From an uncultured Alphaproteobacteria bacterium (GTDB taxonomy: Bacteria > Pseudomonadota > Alphaproteobacteria > Rickettsiales > UBA998), in assembly GCA_963803575.1 (NCBI GenBank), contig CAWDMW010000002.1:1314308-1378307 (forward strand): DNA of 64,000 nucleotides, read 5' to 3'. Below, one piece after another: positions 27,593-37,800 of this stretch. Under the pieces are notes generated by a model. It saw only the letters and a list, made by a program, of their open reading frames with translations, was not told where the DNA came from and made no database searches. Made by a program: the position numbers and the translations under genes. Position 1 is the stretch's first letter. Every line of letters starts with the position of its first letter.

Positions 27593-28660
27593 CTATACAG
27601 ACTTGTTCATGTAAGGGAGACAAAGATAATACAGGTTTTCCAATAAGTCTGTGCCTAAAGAACCGCCCATGCCTGTAATATTGTCACGAAAGATAATATA
27701 GAGTGCATTTAAATGCTGGCGTATCGCTTTTTGCAAATAGCTATCGGCAAAGTCTTTATCTATGCAAATATAATGCAGCGATTCTGCCACACGAGACGCC
27801 AGCTCATACTGGAATATGCCAGCACGACTTTTCATTCTTAATGCCGTTTTAGTCATCCTCTTGACCGCGCCGGATTGATGGACGCATATTGCGCGGTAAA
27901 TATCTTCAAATTCGTCCAAATCTCCCAGCACCCATTCCAGAAAATGGTCACGTGACTGAAAAATAATATGTTGTGCGTCCTGTACCCGTTTATAATTCAG
28001 CACATCATGCGCCGACGTGCCCTGAAGCTTGTCTTTCAGGCGGTAATCTGCATCTACCATACAAATGTCATGCATATGGTCTATGCTGTGATATGCTGAT
28101 TCAATATCTTGCGTTTGGCAACGTATTAAATTAAACGTACTGGTGCCGTCACGACGTTCCGAAAGACTTTGTTGCTCTTTACTCAATCGACGCCTGTCAG
28201 GCCCTTTATAGAGATGGCTAATAACAAAATTACGAGGACGATCAATAATTAGGACAATACGCTGACATAGGGTCTTTGCGGTGAATGGTTTGGCCACAAA
28301 TTCCGTAATGCCCGTATCACGTGCTGTTTCTACGTGTAGTCGTCTGGCATAGCCTGTAAGCATGATGATCGGTACAAACGGGTTGGGCGAATCTACATGA
28401 TTGCGAATATGACGAATAAAGTCAATACCACTCATGGGTTGCATATCCCAGTCGGTGATAACCAGATCAATGGATTTCTTTTTCATCAGCGCCAAAGCAG
28501 AGGAACCATCAATGGCCACATACACCGTATTGAAACCAAGGCTTCGTAAAACGCGCTTGATTAAAATACTTAAATGTCGATCCTGATCTATAAGTAAGAC
28601 ACTAATATCACGTAGATGTGACGTAGTACTCGGTGGAGAATGCACTAAACCGGTGACCAT
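27593..28660 (-). CDS. response regulator: REC domain plus uncharacterised C-terminal domain of about 200 aa
   Basis: REC domain: VLLIDQDRH...DLVITDWDMQPMSGIDF...PIIMLTG...EFVAKPF, followed by GPDRRR. The C-terminal part has an HPt-like stretch TALRMKSRAGIFQYELASRVAESL that lacks the phospho-His. Confidence 0.75.
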   Translation of the reverse strand: MVTGLVHSPPSTTSHLRDISVLLIDQDRHLSILIKRVLRSLGFNTVYVAIDGSSALALMKKKSIDLVITDWDMQPMSGIDFIRHIRNHVDSPNPFVPIIMLTGYARRLHVETARDTGITEFVAKPFTAKTLCQRIVLIIDRPRNFVISHLYKGPDRRRLSKEQQSLSERRDGTSTFNLIRCQTQDIESAYHSIDHMHDICMVDADYRLKDKLQGTSAHDVLNYKRVQDAQHIIFQSRDHFLEWVLGDLDEFEDIYRAICVHQSGAVKRMTKTALRMKSRAGIFQYELASRVAESLHYICIDKDFADSYLQKAIRQHLNALYIIFRDNITGMGGSLGTDLLENLYYLCLPYMNKSV

Positions 28661-28722
28661 ACAAAACGCTCAAATGTTTTCATTCTATAAGCATACAAAA
28701 AGAACCTTAATATTCTGTGTAG

Positions 28723-29370
28723 CTATAGTCGCTCTAACGCATGTCTTGCAGTTGTAGTTGTAATAGGGCGTTTTGTCTCGATGGAGAGCATATCCATCTG
28801 CTCAACCAGTATTTCAGCGCGGTTAAATGAGCGTGGCATACGGCGCACCAGATAATCAATTACCTGTGAGGGTACACGCAGCTGACGTTGCGAAAATAAC
28901 TGCATTAATACTGCCTCTAGCATTGTATCATCAGGTGACGTTAGGCGTATGGCATGAATAGCTTTCAGGCGAGACTGGAGATCCGGTAATGTTACGGGGA
29001 ACATAGCGGGAGAGATTCTACAGCAAATAAGCAACTGAGAGTTCGTTTCTTTTACCAGATTCAGTGTATGTAATAAGGCTTGCTGTTTACCTGCATCATA
29101 AAATAATGAATCCAGCAGATAATGCCCTGTAGTGATATGCTCTATATCGTTTGTACTTAACGTGATGCGGCGTGCTCCTACATGATGCGCCCAAATATCT
29201 GCTAGCAATGATTTCCCTGATCCTTCCTCGCCATAAATACATAATGCATGTGAATGCCACACATGCCCGCTAAGCAGGGCTTCTGCTGCCAGCTTGTTGC
29301 TATTACCTATAATCAGTTCCAATGAAGGATTATGGGGTAGTGATAAGGGAAGGATTGTTTGTGCAGACAT
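28723..29370 (-). CDS. hdaA: DnaA regulatory inactivator HdaA
   Basis: MSAQTILPLSLPHNPSLELIIGNSNKLAAEAL...IYGEEGSGKSLL is the HdaA pattern. The ORF is open to 29418. Confidence 0.8.
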   Translation of the reverse strand: MSAQTILPLSLPHNPSLELIIGNSNKLAAEALLSGHVWHSHALCIYGEEGSGKSLLADIWAHHVGARRITLSTNDIEHITTGHYLLDSLFYDAGKQQALLHTLNLVKETNSQLLICCRISPAMFPVTLPDLQSRLKAIHAIRLTSPDDTMLEAVLMQLFSQRQLRVPSQVIDYLVRRMPRSFNRAEILVEQMDMLSIETKRPITTTTARHALERL

Positions 29371-29574
29371 GAAACACGAACCTACTACGCCGTATACGTT
29401 ATAGCAAATAAATTGCATGGCGTTGCCACATTATATTACTGCATACCAACTAATCTTAACGAAGGATCAACAACTTTATGATGTAATGTAGAGATCAGCG
29501 GACAGGCTGATACGATAGTGTCCAGGTAGGATGCATAATTGATAACACATATAACATACCCATAGGAGGTACCT

Positions 29575-30987
29575 ATGCCTGTCATTAATACTAACCTTTC
29601 TGCTAATACCACGTTGCGTTATTTGAATGAGAATTCGTCTATGCAAAGTTCGTCATTGGCCAAAATATCCAGTGGTAAGCGTATTGAGCGTGCATCTGAT
29701 GATGCAGCGGGTCTTGCGGTTAGCACAAGCCTGAGAAGTGAAATCAGCATCCTTGAGCAAGCGTCTATTAACGCGGATCAGGGTATTTCTGTGCTACAAA
29801 CAGCTGATGGTGCATTAGCCCGTATGGATGATGTGCTTCAACGGATGAGCGCGCTGGCGGCACAATCCATTAATGGTGGTGTGAACGATGCGACACGTGA
29901 CTTTATTGATGCGGAATTCCAGCAGCTTGTAGGTGAGCTGGATGATATTGCGGGTTCGACTGCGTTTAACGGAGCGTCATTATTGAGCGGTCTGTATAAC
30001 GAGGAATTCCTGCTTGGCACGGATGGTTCCACCTCTGGCGCTGACAGCAACCGCTTAAGCATTGAAATGGGTGATTTCCGTACTGCAGGTCTGCAAGGGT
30101 TTGCAACTGAGCGTTCTGCTGGTAATAATGCACTTGGCGGTGCCGGCGGTAATGATTACAGTGACGGTAACCGTTTGCTGGCATCATTAGACGTTGGTGG
30201 TCTGGCGGTCATTGATCCAACCGCTGCTGATCTGGTGTTCTTCACTGGCACGGATGTCGACGGTGATGGTAGCGTAACCGTTGCTGATTCTGACTTTCGT
30301 CAGGTTACGATTGATTTAGATGGTACGGCTGCTGGTGTGCAATACACGTATATTGAGTTTGATGGTTCTGCTGCGGGTAACACGCGTGTCGTTGTATCGG
30401 ATCAGGATCCATTAACGGCTGCTGGTAGCACAGTGAATGATTTGCTGGATGCGATCAATGGTTCTGGTGTAGTCACAGCTGGTGTTGACTCGAATGGCGG
30501 ATTAGTCATTAAGGCGGCAGAAGCTGGTAAGTTCATGTCTCAGGTAGGCCTTAACGGTCTGGGTGATACACAATTCACTGATACAGGTGACGTAACGGTT
30601 GCAGCTGCCGATGATGGTGAAGCTGGTAACCTGGCGTCTCCGGGAAGCATTGCGGATGCAGATTCTGACAATGCAACAGGTGACTATATCAGCGTAGATA
30701 CTGTTGATAACGCTGAGATTGCTGCGAACATTGTGGATGGTTCTATCAGTATTGTTGCAGAAGCCCGTGCCAATATTGGTGCACAGATTTCTCGTTTTGA
30801 GTTCCGTTCTGATGTGATCAACACATCCGTGGAAAACATCAAAGCGGCAAACTCTGCCATTTTGGATGCGGATATTGCTGAAGAGCAAACCGAGTTCGTG
30901 ACGTACCAGACACTGACTCAGGCTGCTGTTGCTGCACTCTCTAAGGCCAACCAGTTGCCACAGGAACTCCTAAGACTGCTTCAGTAG
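29575..30987 (+). CDS. flagellin (470 aa)
   Basis: N-terminus MPVINTNLSANTTLRYLN...RASDDAAGLAVS and C-terminus ...QTLTQAAVAALSKANQLPQELLRLLQ, with a variable Gly/Asp/Thr-rich middle. A strong RBS (AGGAGG) lies upstream. Confidence 0.93.
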   Translation: MPVINTNLSANTTLRYLNENSSMQSSSLAKISSGKRIERASDDAAGLAVSTSLRSEISILEQASINADQGISVLQTADGALARMDDVLQRMSALAAQSINGGVNDATRDFIDAEFQQLVGELDDIAGSTAFNGASLLSGLYNEEFLLGTDGSTSGADSNRLSIEMGDFRTAGLQGFATERSAGNNALGGAGGNDYSDGNRLLASLDVGGLAVIDPTAADLVFFTGTDVDGDGSVTVADSDFRQVTIDLDGTAAGVQYTYIEFDGSAAGNTRVVVSDQDPLTAAGSTVNDLLDAINGSGVVTAGVDSNGGLVIKAAEAGKFMSQVGLNGLGDTQFTDTGDVTVAAADDGEAGNLASPGSIADADSDNATGDYISVDTVDNAEIAANIVDGSISIVAEARANIGAQISRFEFRSDVINTSVENIKAANSAILDADIAEEQTEFVTYQTLTQAAVAALSKANQLPQELLRLLQ

Positions 30988-31010
30988 TTCTTTTAAACAC
31001 TTAATAGTTA

Positions 31011-31045
31011 GCGTGGGATATGTAAAACTATCCCGCGCTTTTTTT
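31011..31045 (+). terminator. rho-independent terminator after flagellin
   Basis: GCGTGGGATA-tgtaaaac-TATCCCGCGC followed by TTTTTTT. Confidence 0.75.
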
Positions 31046-31056
31046 AATTTCAGGAC

Positions 31057-31083
31057 AAAAAAAATCCCGCAAGCGACGCAGGA
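31057..31083 (-). terminator. rho-independent terminator after the oxygenase gene
   Basis: On the minus strand: UCCUGC-GUCGCUU-GCGGGA followed by U8. Confidence 0.65.
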
Positions 31084-31086
31084 TTC

Positions 31087-32064
31087 TTAAGGTTGCTCAG
31101 GTATGCCGTAAGCACGAACCATCCAACGGCCTTCAGGGGATTCCGGAGGCTCGATGAAACTTTCACGACCATGAGCCGTGAGAAAGTTTTTACTAATGAC
31201 TACCGTGCCCGGTTCCCATTCGACATATTGTTTGTACAGTATGTCTAGTGCTTTCCTATAATGCCCATAAGCATTAGAAGCTAACGTATTTCCGGGTTCA
31301 GCTTTAACTGCCATGCCACCATAAGGGCGTACACGGACTCTGGCTAACTGTCCATCCTTATACTCAAGAATAGACAATTTTACTTTTTTACCAGAAAAGG
31401 TTTCTGTAATAAAGACTTTCTTAGAAAGTATACCCAGTACACTTTTATCAAGCCTTTTTTGCAAATCCAGAAGATTGACAAAAAACGTCCTACCTCTTGC
31501 TTTTGCAGGGCGTTGACAGCCCATAACGATAGTAGAAGGAGAATTAGATGTTGCTTTATCACAATGCAGATCCATTTTTGCCTCACCTCGGTAACTTGAG
31601 GTATGTTGAAAGTCGAACTGCGTAGTCAATATATCGAAGAAAGTATCCCCTCCGATATATTGTGATGTTTTCCAGATGCCCTGACCAGTCAGCCCAAGCA
31701 TAGCCAGCATAGACCATTCAAGTCTATAGCTAGGCTTTTTCGGAATAATCGCGCCTTTTTGGTTTGGAATATGAGGCGTACTTGGTAGATTTTGATCAGT
31801 TGGAAGGTTCCGAACGATCATTCCAAGAATCTTGTCATTCCTGAACGCCTCAGCATGTTCAAGAAGATGAGCACCATAAGCGCCTCCAACTTCTTTCAAA
31901 GCCTTTCTCAAATAACCTCCAGTATGCCAACACATATTGAAAGTTTCCTGATAATCAAGCCTATACGGAGGGTATGTCACCATATTCTCCGTTTCAACCA
32001 TGATTTCATCAAAACGATCTCGAACCTTATCCGGAAGATAAAACTCTGGAAACCACTCTTTCAT
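31087..32064 (-). CDS. clavaminate-synthase-like (TauD/TfdA superfamily) Fe(II)/2-oxoglutarate oxygenase, substrate unknown
   Basis: 325 aa. MDLHCDKATSNSPSTIVMGCQRP...T fits the H-x-D...P....C.R block of CAS-like amino-acid hydroxylases. The distal ...NFLTAHGRESF......RWMVRAY fits DN.R.LHGR.F...RWL.R.Y. Confidence 0.55.
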   Translation of the reverse strand: MKEWFPEFYLPDKVRDRFDEIMVETENMVTYPPYRLDYQETFNMCWHTGGYLRKALKEVGGAYGAHLLEHAEAFRNDKILGMIVRNLPTDQNLPSTPHIPNQKGAIIPKKPSYRLEWSMLAMLGLTGQGIWKTSQYIGGDTFFDILTTQFDFQHTSSYRGEAKMDLHCDKATSNSPSTIVMGCQRPAKARGRTFFVNLLDLQKRLDKSVLGILSKKVFITETFSGKKVKLSILEYKDGQLARVRVRPYGGMAVKAEPGNTLASNAYGHYRKALDILYKQYVEWEPGTVVISKNFLTAHGRESFIEPPESPEGRWMVRAYGIPEQP

Positions 32065-32258
32065 AAGTTGTTATACTAAAGAACTAACCGCTACAGCGGG
32101 AAAAAAAAGGGCTAAAAAGGAGCCCCTGAAATTTGCCTAAATTTGCGTTATAAACACCAAGACAAATGATACATGCTCTGCATGATAATCGAAAATCAAC
32201 TTTTTGACAAGCACGTATAGCACTTGCACTCATATTCCCGGCAGGGCATATAGTATCT

Positions 32259-34442
32259 ATGGATACTACTTCTCACGCCCCATATATTACAGCACTTAAC
32301 CCTATGCAACAACAGGCAGTCTTAACTACGGAAGGAGCGGTGCTGGTGCTGGCGGGAGCAGGTACGGGTAAAACGAAAGCACTGACCAGCCGAATTGCCC
32401 ATATCATTTCTAACGGTTTGGCCTACCCTTCACAAGTGCTGGCGGTGACTTTCACGAACAAGGCGGCACGTGAAATGACGCAGCGTGTAGGGAACTTGTT
32501 GCAGGAAGTAGGGTATGGTGAAGGTACGCAAGGCATGTGGCTTGGCACGTTCCACGCTATTGCAGCGCGTATCTTAAGACGCGATGGTGAAGGAATTGGC
32601 TTGCAAAACAGCTTCACCATTTTAGATATGGATGACCAGTTGCGTCTGATGAAAACACTGATGAGTGAGCAAAACATTGATGATAAGCGTTATCCGGCGA
32701 AGATGTTGCTAGGTATTATCCAGTCATGGAAAGAACGTGGGTTATCTCCTGGGAAAGTAACGTCTGAAATGAAAGGCAGCGATTACGGGGAGGTGGCGCA
32801 TAAGCTATATCATACGTACCAACAACGATTATCCACCTTAAATGCAGCAGATTTTGGCGATTTGTTACTACATAACTTAAGCCTGTTTGAGCAATATCCC
32901 GAAATTTTACAACGTTATGCTTCAAAGTTTCGCTATATTTTGGTGGATGAGTATCAGGACACTAACATTGGCCAGTATTTATGGCTAAAATTGCTGGCGT
33001 TGGGGCATAAGAATATCTGTTGTGTAGGGGATGATGACCAGTCCATTTACGGCTGGCGCGGTGCTGAAGTAGGCAATATTCTTAAATTTGATAAGGATTA
33101 TCCGGGTGCTACAATCATACGGCTAGAGCAGAATTACCGATCCACCGAACATATTTTAGCCGCCGCGTCAGGAGTGATTGCCCATAATGAAACACGTCAT
33201 GGCAAAACACTCTGGACGGATAAAAAAGGTGGTAACAAGGTGCGTGTTGAATCAGTCTGGGATGACGCTGAGGAAGCACGGTTTGTTGGTGAAGAAATAG
33301 AGGCGGCACAGCGCAATAATGTGTCATTGAATGAAATGGCCGTGCTGGTGCGGGCTGGTTTTCAAACGCGTTCATTTGAGGAACGCTTCCTGACCTTAGG
33401 GATTCCGTATCAGGTGATTGGGGGGTTACGTTTCTATGAGCGAAAAGAAATACGTGATGCGATTGCTTACATGCGTTTTGTCATGGAGCCACGCGATGAT
33501 CTGGCATTTGAGCGTATCATTAATACTCCCAAGCGCGGGATAGGCAAATCTACGTTAGAGTTGCTACATAGCCACGCCAGAGCGCAAAATATCTCGCTTT
33601 ACGAAGCAGCTACGCACCTTACGCAACAACAGCAGGTAAAGGGTAAGGCAGGAAAAACGCTGACTACCTTGCTTCGGCAACATAGCGCATGGGGTGATAT
33701 GGCTAAGGATGTGTCTCCGGCTACGTTGTGCGAGCATTTGCTGGAAGAGGCTGGATATTTAGAGATGTGGCGGCTGGATACCTCACCGGAAGCAGCAGGA
33801 CGGTTGGAAAACCTCAAAGAACTGTTCCGGGCGTTGCAGGATTTTAGCAGTCTGGTTGACTTCATTGAGCATGTAGGGCTGGTGATGGATAGAGACGTCA
33901 CCGGCGATGACGCAATGGTAAGTGTTATGTCACTTCACGCCGCAAAAGGTCTTGAGTTTGAGACAGTCTTTTGCACGGGATGGGAAGAGGGGTTGTTTCC
34001 TCATCAGCGATCACTGGATGAAAATGCAGGTGGGGGGCTGGAAGAAGAACGGCGCCTGGCGTATGTTGGGATGACACGCGCCAAATGCCAACTCTACATT
34101 ACCCATGCAGCTAACCGGCGTATTTATAATCAGTGGCAAAGCTGTATTCCCTCGCGCTTTTTGCAGGAAATTCCGGTAGATCATATTGACATGCCTGATG
34201 GATTAAGCAGGTTGCCATCAGCACAGGCTAAAACTCCGGCTATGTTTCAGCGACAGATGGATAGTATTTTTCAGGAAGCCACACGTGTGCAGTCTGATGA
34301 CAGCATGACAGGAAAACGGGTATTTCATGTTAAATTTGGTTACGGACGCGTGCTACAACAGCAGGGCGAGCATTTAAGCATTGCTTTTGATAAAGCAGGC
34401 AGAAAGAAGTTACTAGCTGATTATGTTGAGGTGGCGAGTTAG
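32259..34442 (+). CDS. uvrD: ATP-dependent DNA helicase UvrD/PcrA family
   Basis: ...LNPMQQQAV...VLAGAGTGKTKALTSR...VDEYQDTN...QNYRST...VMSLHAAKGLEFETVF...YVGMTRAK. Confidence 0.92.
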   Translation: MDTTSHAPYITALNPMQQQAVLTTEGAVLVLAGAGTGKTKALTSRIAHIISNGLAYPSQVLAVTFTNKAAREMTQRVGNLLQEVGYGEGTQGMWLGTFHAIAARILRRDGEGIGLQNSFTILDMDDQLRLMKTLMSEQNIDDKRYPAKMLLGIIQSWKERGLSPGKVTSEMKGSDYGEVAHKLYHTYQQRLSTLNAADFGDLLLHNLSLFEQYPEILQRYASKFRYILVDEYQDTNIGQYLWLKLLALGHKNICCVGDDDQSIYGWRGAEVGNILKFDKDYPGATIIRLEQNYRSTEHILAAASGVIAHNETRHGKTLWTDKKGGNKVRVESVWDDAEEARFVGEEIEAAQRNNVSLNEMAVLVRAGFQTRSFEERFLTLGIPYQVIGGLRFYERKEIRDAIAYMRFVMEPRDDLAFERIINTPKRGIGKSTLELLHSHARAQNISLYEAATHLTQQQQVKGKAGKTLTTLLRQHSAWGDMAKDVSPATLCEHLLEEAGYLEMWRLDTSPEAAGRLENLKELFRALQDFSSLVDFIEHVGLVMDRDVTGDDAMVSVMSLHAAKGLEFETVFCTGWEEGLFPHQRSLDENAGGGLEEERRLAYVGMTRAKCQLYITHAANRRIYNQWQSCIPSRFLQEIPVDHIDMPDGLSRLPSAQAKTPAMFQRQMDSIFQEATRVQSDDSMTGKRVFHVKFGYGRVLQQQGEHLSIAFDKAGRKKLLADYVEVAS

Positions 34443-34523
34443 GCGGATAAGATTGCTATTTACACAATTATAGTGTAATATTGATGCTTACTTTATTTGA
34501 TGCTTTTTAGTATCGACCTGATT

Positions 34524-34817
34524 ATGTTTGACAGAAGTGAAGCCAACAAAACAAGATCTTTTTCTGAATTTAACGGAAAAGTTTTTTCAGAGGTTTTTTC
34601 TCTTTTGCAAAAAATTGCAGAAGAGGAAGAGCTTGAACCAATTGTCGATTGTATCAACGGAGATTCACTCCGTTCATACGCAATAGCATATCTATGCATT
34701 GGCATAGATACAGGCCTAGAGGACGACTGGAATCTCTATGGCAAGAGGGCTGAAGAACTTGATCTCACTATGCCTATTATACAACAATCGACCATAACTA
34801 GTGTTATGATCGGTTAA
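34524..34817 (+). CDS. hypothetical small acidic protein (97 aa)
   Basis: An ORF in an AT-rich spacer between convergent uvrD and mfd (MFDRSEANKTRSFSEF...EEEELEPIVDCINGD...). A competing minus-strand ORF overlaps it, so coding status is uncertain. Confidence 0.3.
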   Translation: MFDRSEANKTRSFSEFNGKVFSEVFSLLQKIAEEEELEPIVDCINGDSLRSYAIAYLCIGIDTGLEDDWNLYGKRAEELDLTMPIIQQSTITSVMIG

Positions 34818-34868
34818 CTCACATTCCCTTCACTGCTTTCATGCATAGGGGAATCTTTTTATGATGAG

Positions 34869-37800
34869 CTAAATCGTAGCGACATTATCAATCAATTGCC
34901 GAATATCGTGTAGTTTATGGGCTGTGTCGCGCCACTGCGCTTTGTAAAACACAGAATTATCTGCACGTAACTTCATGGTGTCGCTATGGCGTGAAATGAA
35001 CCCAATGAGTGCGTGCGGGTTGCTGATGGCGCTTTCTTCAAAATGCAATACCGCCCCTTTAGGTCCCACATCCACGCGACTAACGCCTGCTTGTTTGCAA
35101 GTACATTTCAGCTTTAAGGTGGTGAATAAATATTCTGCTTCCTGTGGAATCGTGCCAAAACGGTCTGACAATTCTGCGGCAAAACTTTCAATGTCATCAA
35201 TGGATTGCAACGTGGCAGCGCGGCGATATAGGCTTAAGCGTAGTGACAAATCACTGACGTAGGTTTCGGGAATTAGCACGGACAAGCCAAGATTTAACTG
35301 CGGTGACCAGTCTTCTTCTAAAATAGGGGCTAAGTCTTTTGCATCTTCACGCTTTAAGCGTGCCTGCTTAACTGCATCTTCCAGCATACTCTGGTACAAT
35401 TCGACCCCAATATCTTTCACATGACCGGATTGCTCTTCTCCCACCAGATTCCCGAATCCACGAATATCCATATCGTGACTGGCAAGCGTGAATCCTGCGC
35501 CTAACGTGTCAAGGGATTGCATCACGTCCAGTCGTTTAATGGCTTGCGGAGTTAATGCACCATGATAGGGCAGGGTGAAGTAAGCATAAGCCCGCACTTT
35601 GCCGCGTCCTACGCGACCTCGCAATTGATAAAGTTGCGCCAGTCCAAACCGATCTGCGCGATTAATAATCATTGTGTTTGCGGTTGGTATGTCAATGCCG
35701 GACTCAATAATGGCGGTGGAAAGCAATACGTCAAACTTGCCTTCATATACGTCATTCATTAGGCTGTCCAACTCGCTACCACTCATTTGACCGTGCGCTA
35801 CAGCCAGCCTTGCTTCCGGCGCCAGTTCAGTGATACGTGCTTTTAATTCGGCAATATCTGCAATGCGTGGGGTGACATAAAACACCTGTCCACCACGATG
35901 CAGTTCACGCTTAATCGCTTCTTTAATGACGACCGGATCGAACGGGGTAACAAAGCTACGAATCGCTAGCCTGTCCACAGGCGGCGTGGTAATCAGACTC
36001 AAGTCACGCACGCCCGTCAATGCCATTTGTAGCGTGCGTGGAATGGGGGTAGCAGACATGCTTAACACATGAATATCTGACTTTAGTGATTTAAGTTTTT
36101 CTTTTTGCTTTACACCAAAGCGTTGTTCCTCATCAATAATAAGCAGTCCTAACCTGTTGAACGAGACGCTATCTGCCAGTAGTGAATGTGTCCCTACCAC
36201 TACATTAATGCTGCCATCAGCCAGTCCTTCGCGAGTGAGTTTAGCCTCTTTCGTGGAGCATAAACGCGAAAGCTGTGCGACTTTCAGACCGCTATGTTCA
36301 AAACGGCTTTTGACATTATGGTAATGCTGGCGGGCAAGCAATGTGGTGGGAGCAATGAATGCAACCTGTATTGGGTTCATGCTGTCGGTTGCAGCAACAA
36401 ATGCAGCGCGCAAGGCCACTTCGGTTTTACCAAAACCCACATCGCCACACACCAGCCTGTCCATAGGCTTTGTGCCGTTTAAATCATCTATCACGTCATT
36501 GATAGCACGTTCCTGATCGTCAGTTTCATCATATGGGAAACGCGCAACAAAGTCGCTATAAGCATCTTCCTGCATGTGCAGCGCAGTGCTCTTAACTAAT
36601 TCACGCTCAGCCGCCGTTTCCAGCAAAGCTTCTGCGGTTAGGCGAAGTTTTTCTTTGTAAGCAGCTTTACGCGATTGCCAGCTTGCTGACCCTAATTTGT
36701 CCAGTTCCACGTCACCGGCTTCACTACCATGACGTGTCAGTAAGTCCAGATTCTCTACAGGCACAAACAACCGGTCATTATCACGATAGACCAGCTTGAT
36801 GCAGTCATGACGGATACCATCTACGTCCAGTGTCTCCAGCCGCTCAAAGCATCCTATCCCATGATCTTTATGTACCAGTAATTCACCCGTATCAAATGCG
36901 GTTGCTTCTGCCATGAAGGCTTCAGATGACTTGGTGCGTTTGCGGGTTTGCAGAATTTTACGGCCTAAAAAATCCTGCTCGGTATATAACACTAATGCAT
37001 CAGACTGAAAACCGCTTGCGGCTTGTAATTCGCTGACATACAGCCCTTTCTTCTTAGGTGTGACCTGATCTATGTGTTCAATACGTTTAGGCTTAAGCCC
37101 TTCACTTTTAAGCAATTGCTCCAGCCTGTCACAACTTCCCTGCGTCGATGCGCTAAGGATGACGGGGCGTGCATCACCGGCCATCTCTGCTTCCAGTACC
37201 GAAAAGGGTGTTTTTTTCTCTGCTTTAGCAATGGTGTGAAGTTTTTTGTTCGCACGTACGTTAAGTGAATCACCATCCTGCTTGCTAATACCAAACGGTT
37301 CCAGCAAGGTAGCGCCCCGCTGTTCAAGACGTGCTTCCCATGTATCATGCAGGTAGAACATTTCCGGCGATACAGGGTTATAGATGAATTGTGATTCTTT
37401 GCGTGAAATGGCTGCGGTATCTATACGAGACTGGTAATAATCCAGAATCATTTCGCTGCGTTGCTTCAACGTATCGCGTACCCCATGATCCAAGCAAATC
37501 TGTATATTATCAGGTAGATAAGCAAGCAGGCTTTCCATTTGCGGATAAAAGAATGGTAGCCAATGCTCCATGCCAGTGTGGTATTGTCCTTCACTTACTG
37601 TATGGTACAAAGCGTCATCACGATGTGGCTGACCGAACGCTTGCCGGTAAGACTGACGGAATTGTTCAACACGTTCTTTAGACAGCACAATCTCACTGGT
37701 AGGAACGATGCGTAATTGTGTGTGGTTGTCTATGCTGCGCTGGCTAAGCACATCGAATGACTTAATGGTGTCTATGGTATCATCAAACATATCCAGCCGG

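Noticed and set aside
29419-29574. Sigma28 or sigma54 promoter upstream of flagellin
   Set aside because: CGATA-containing strings (GCTGATACGATAG) exist, but no TAAA-type -35 lies at the right distance. No GG-N10-GC element is present either. The evidence is too weak to annotate.
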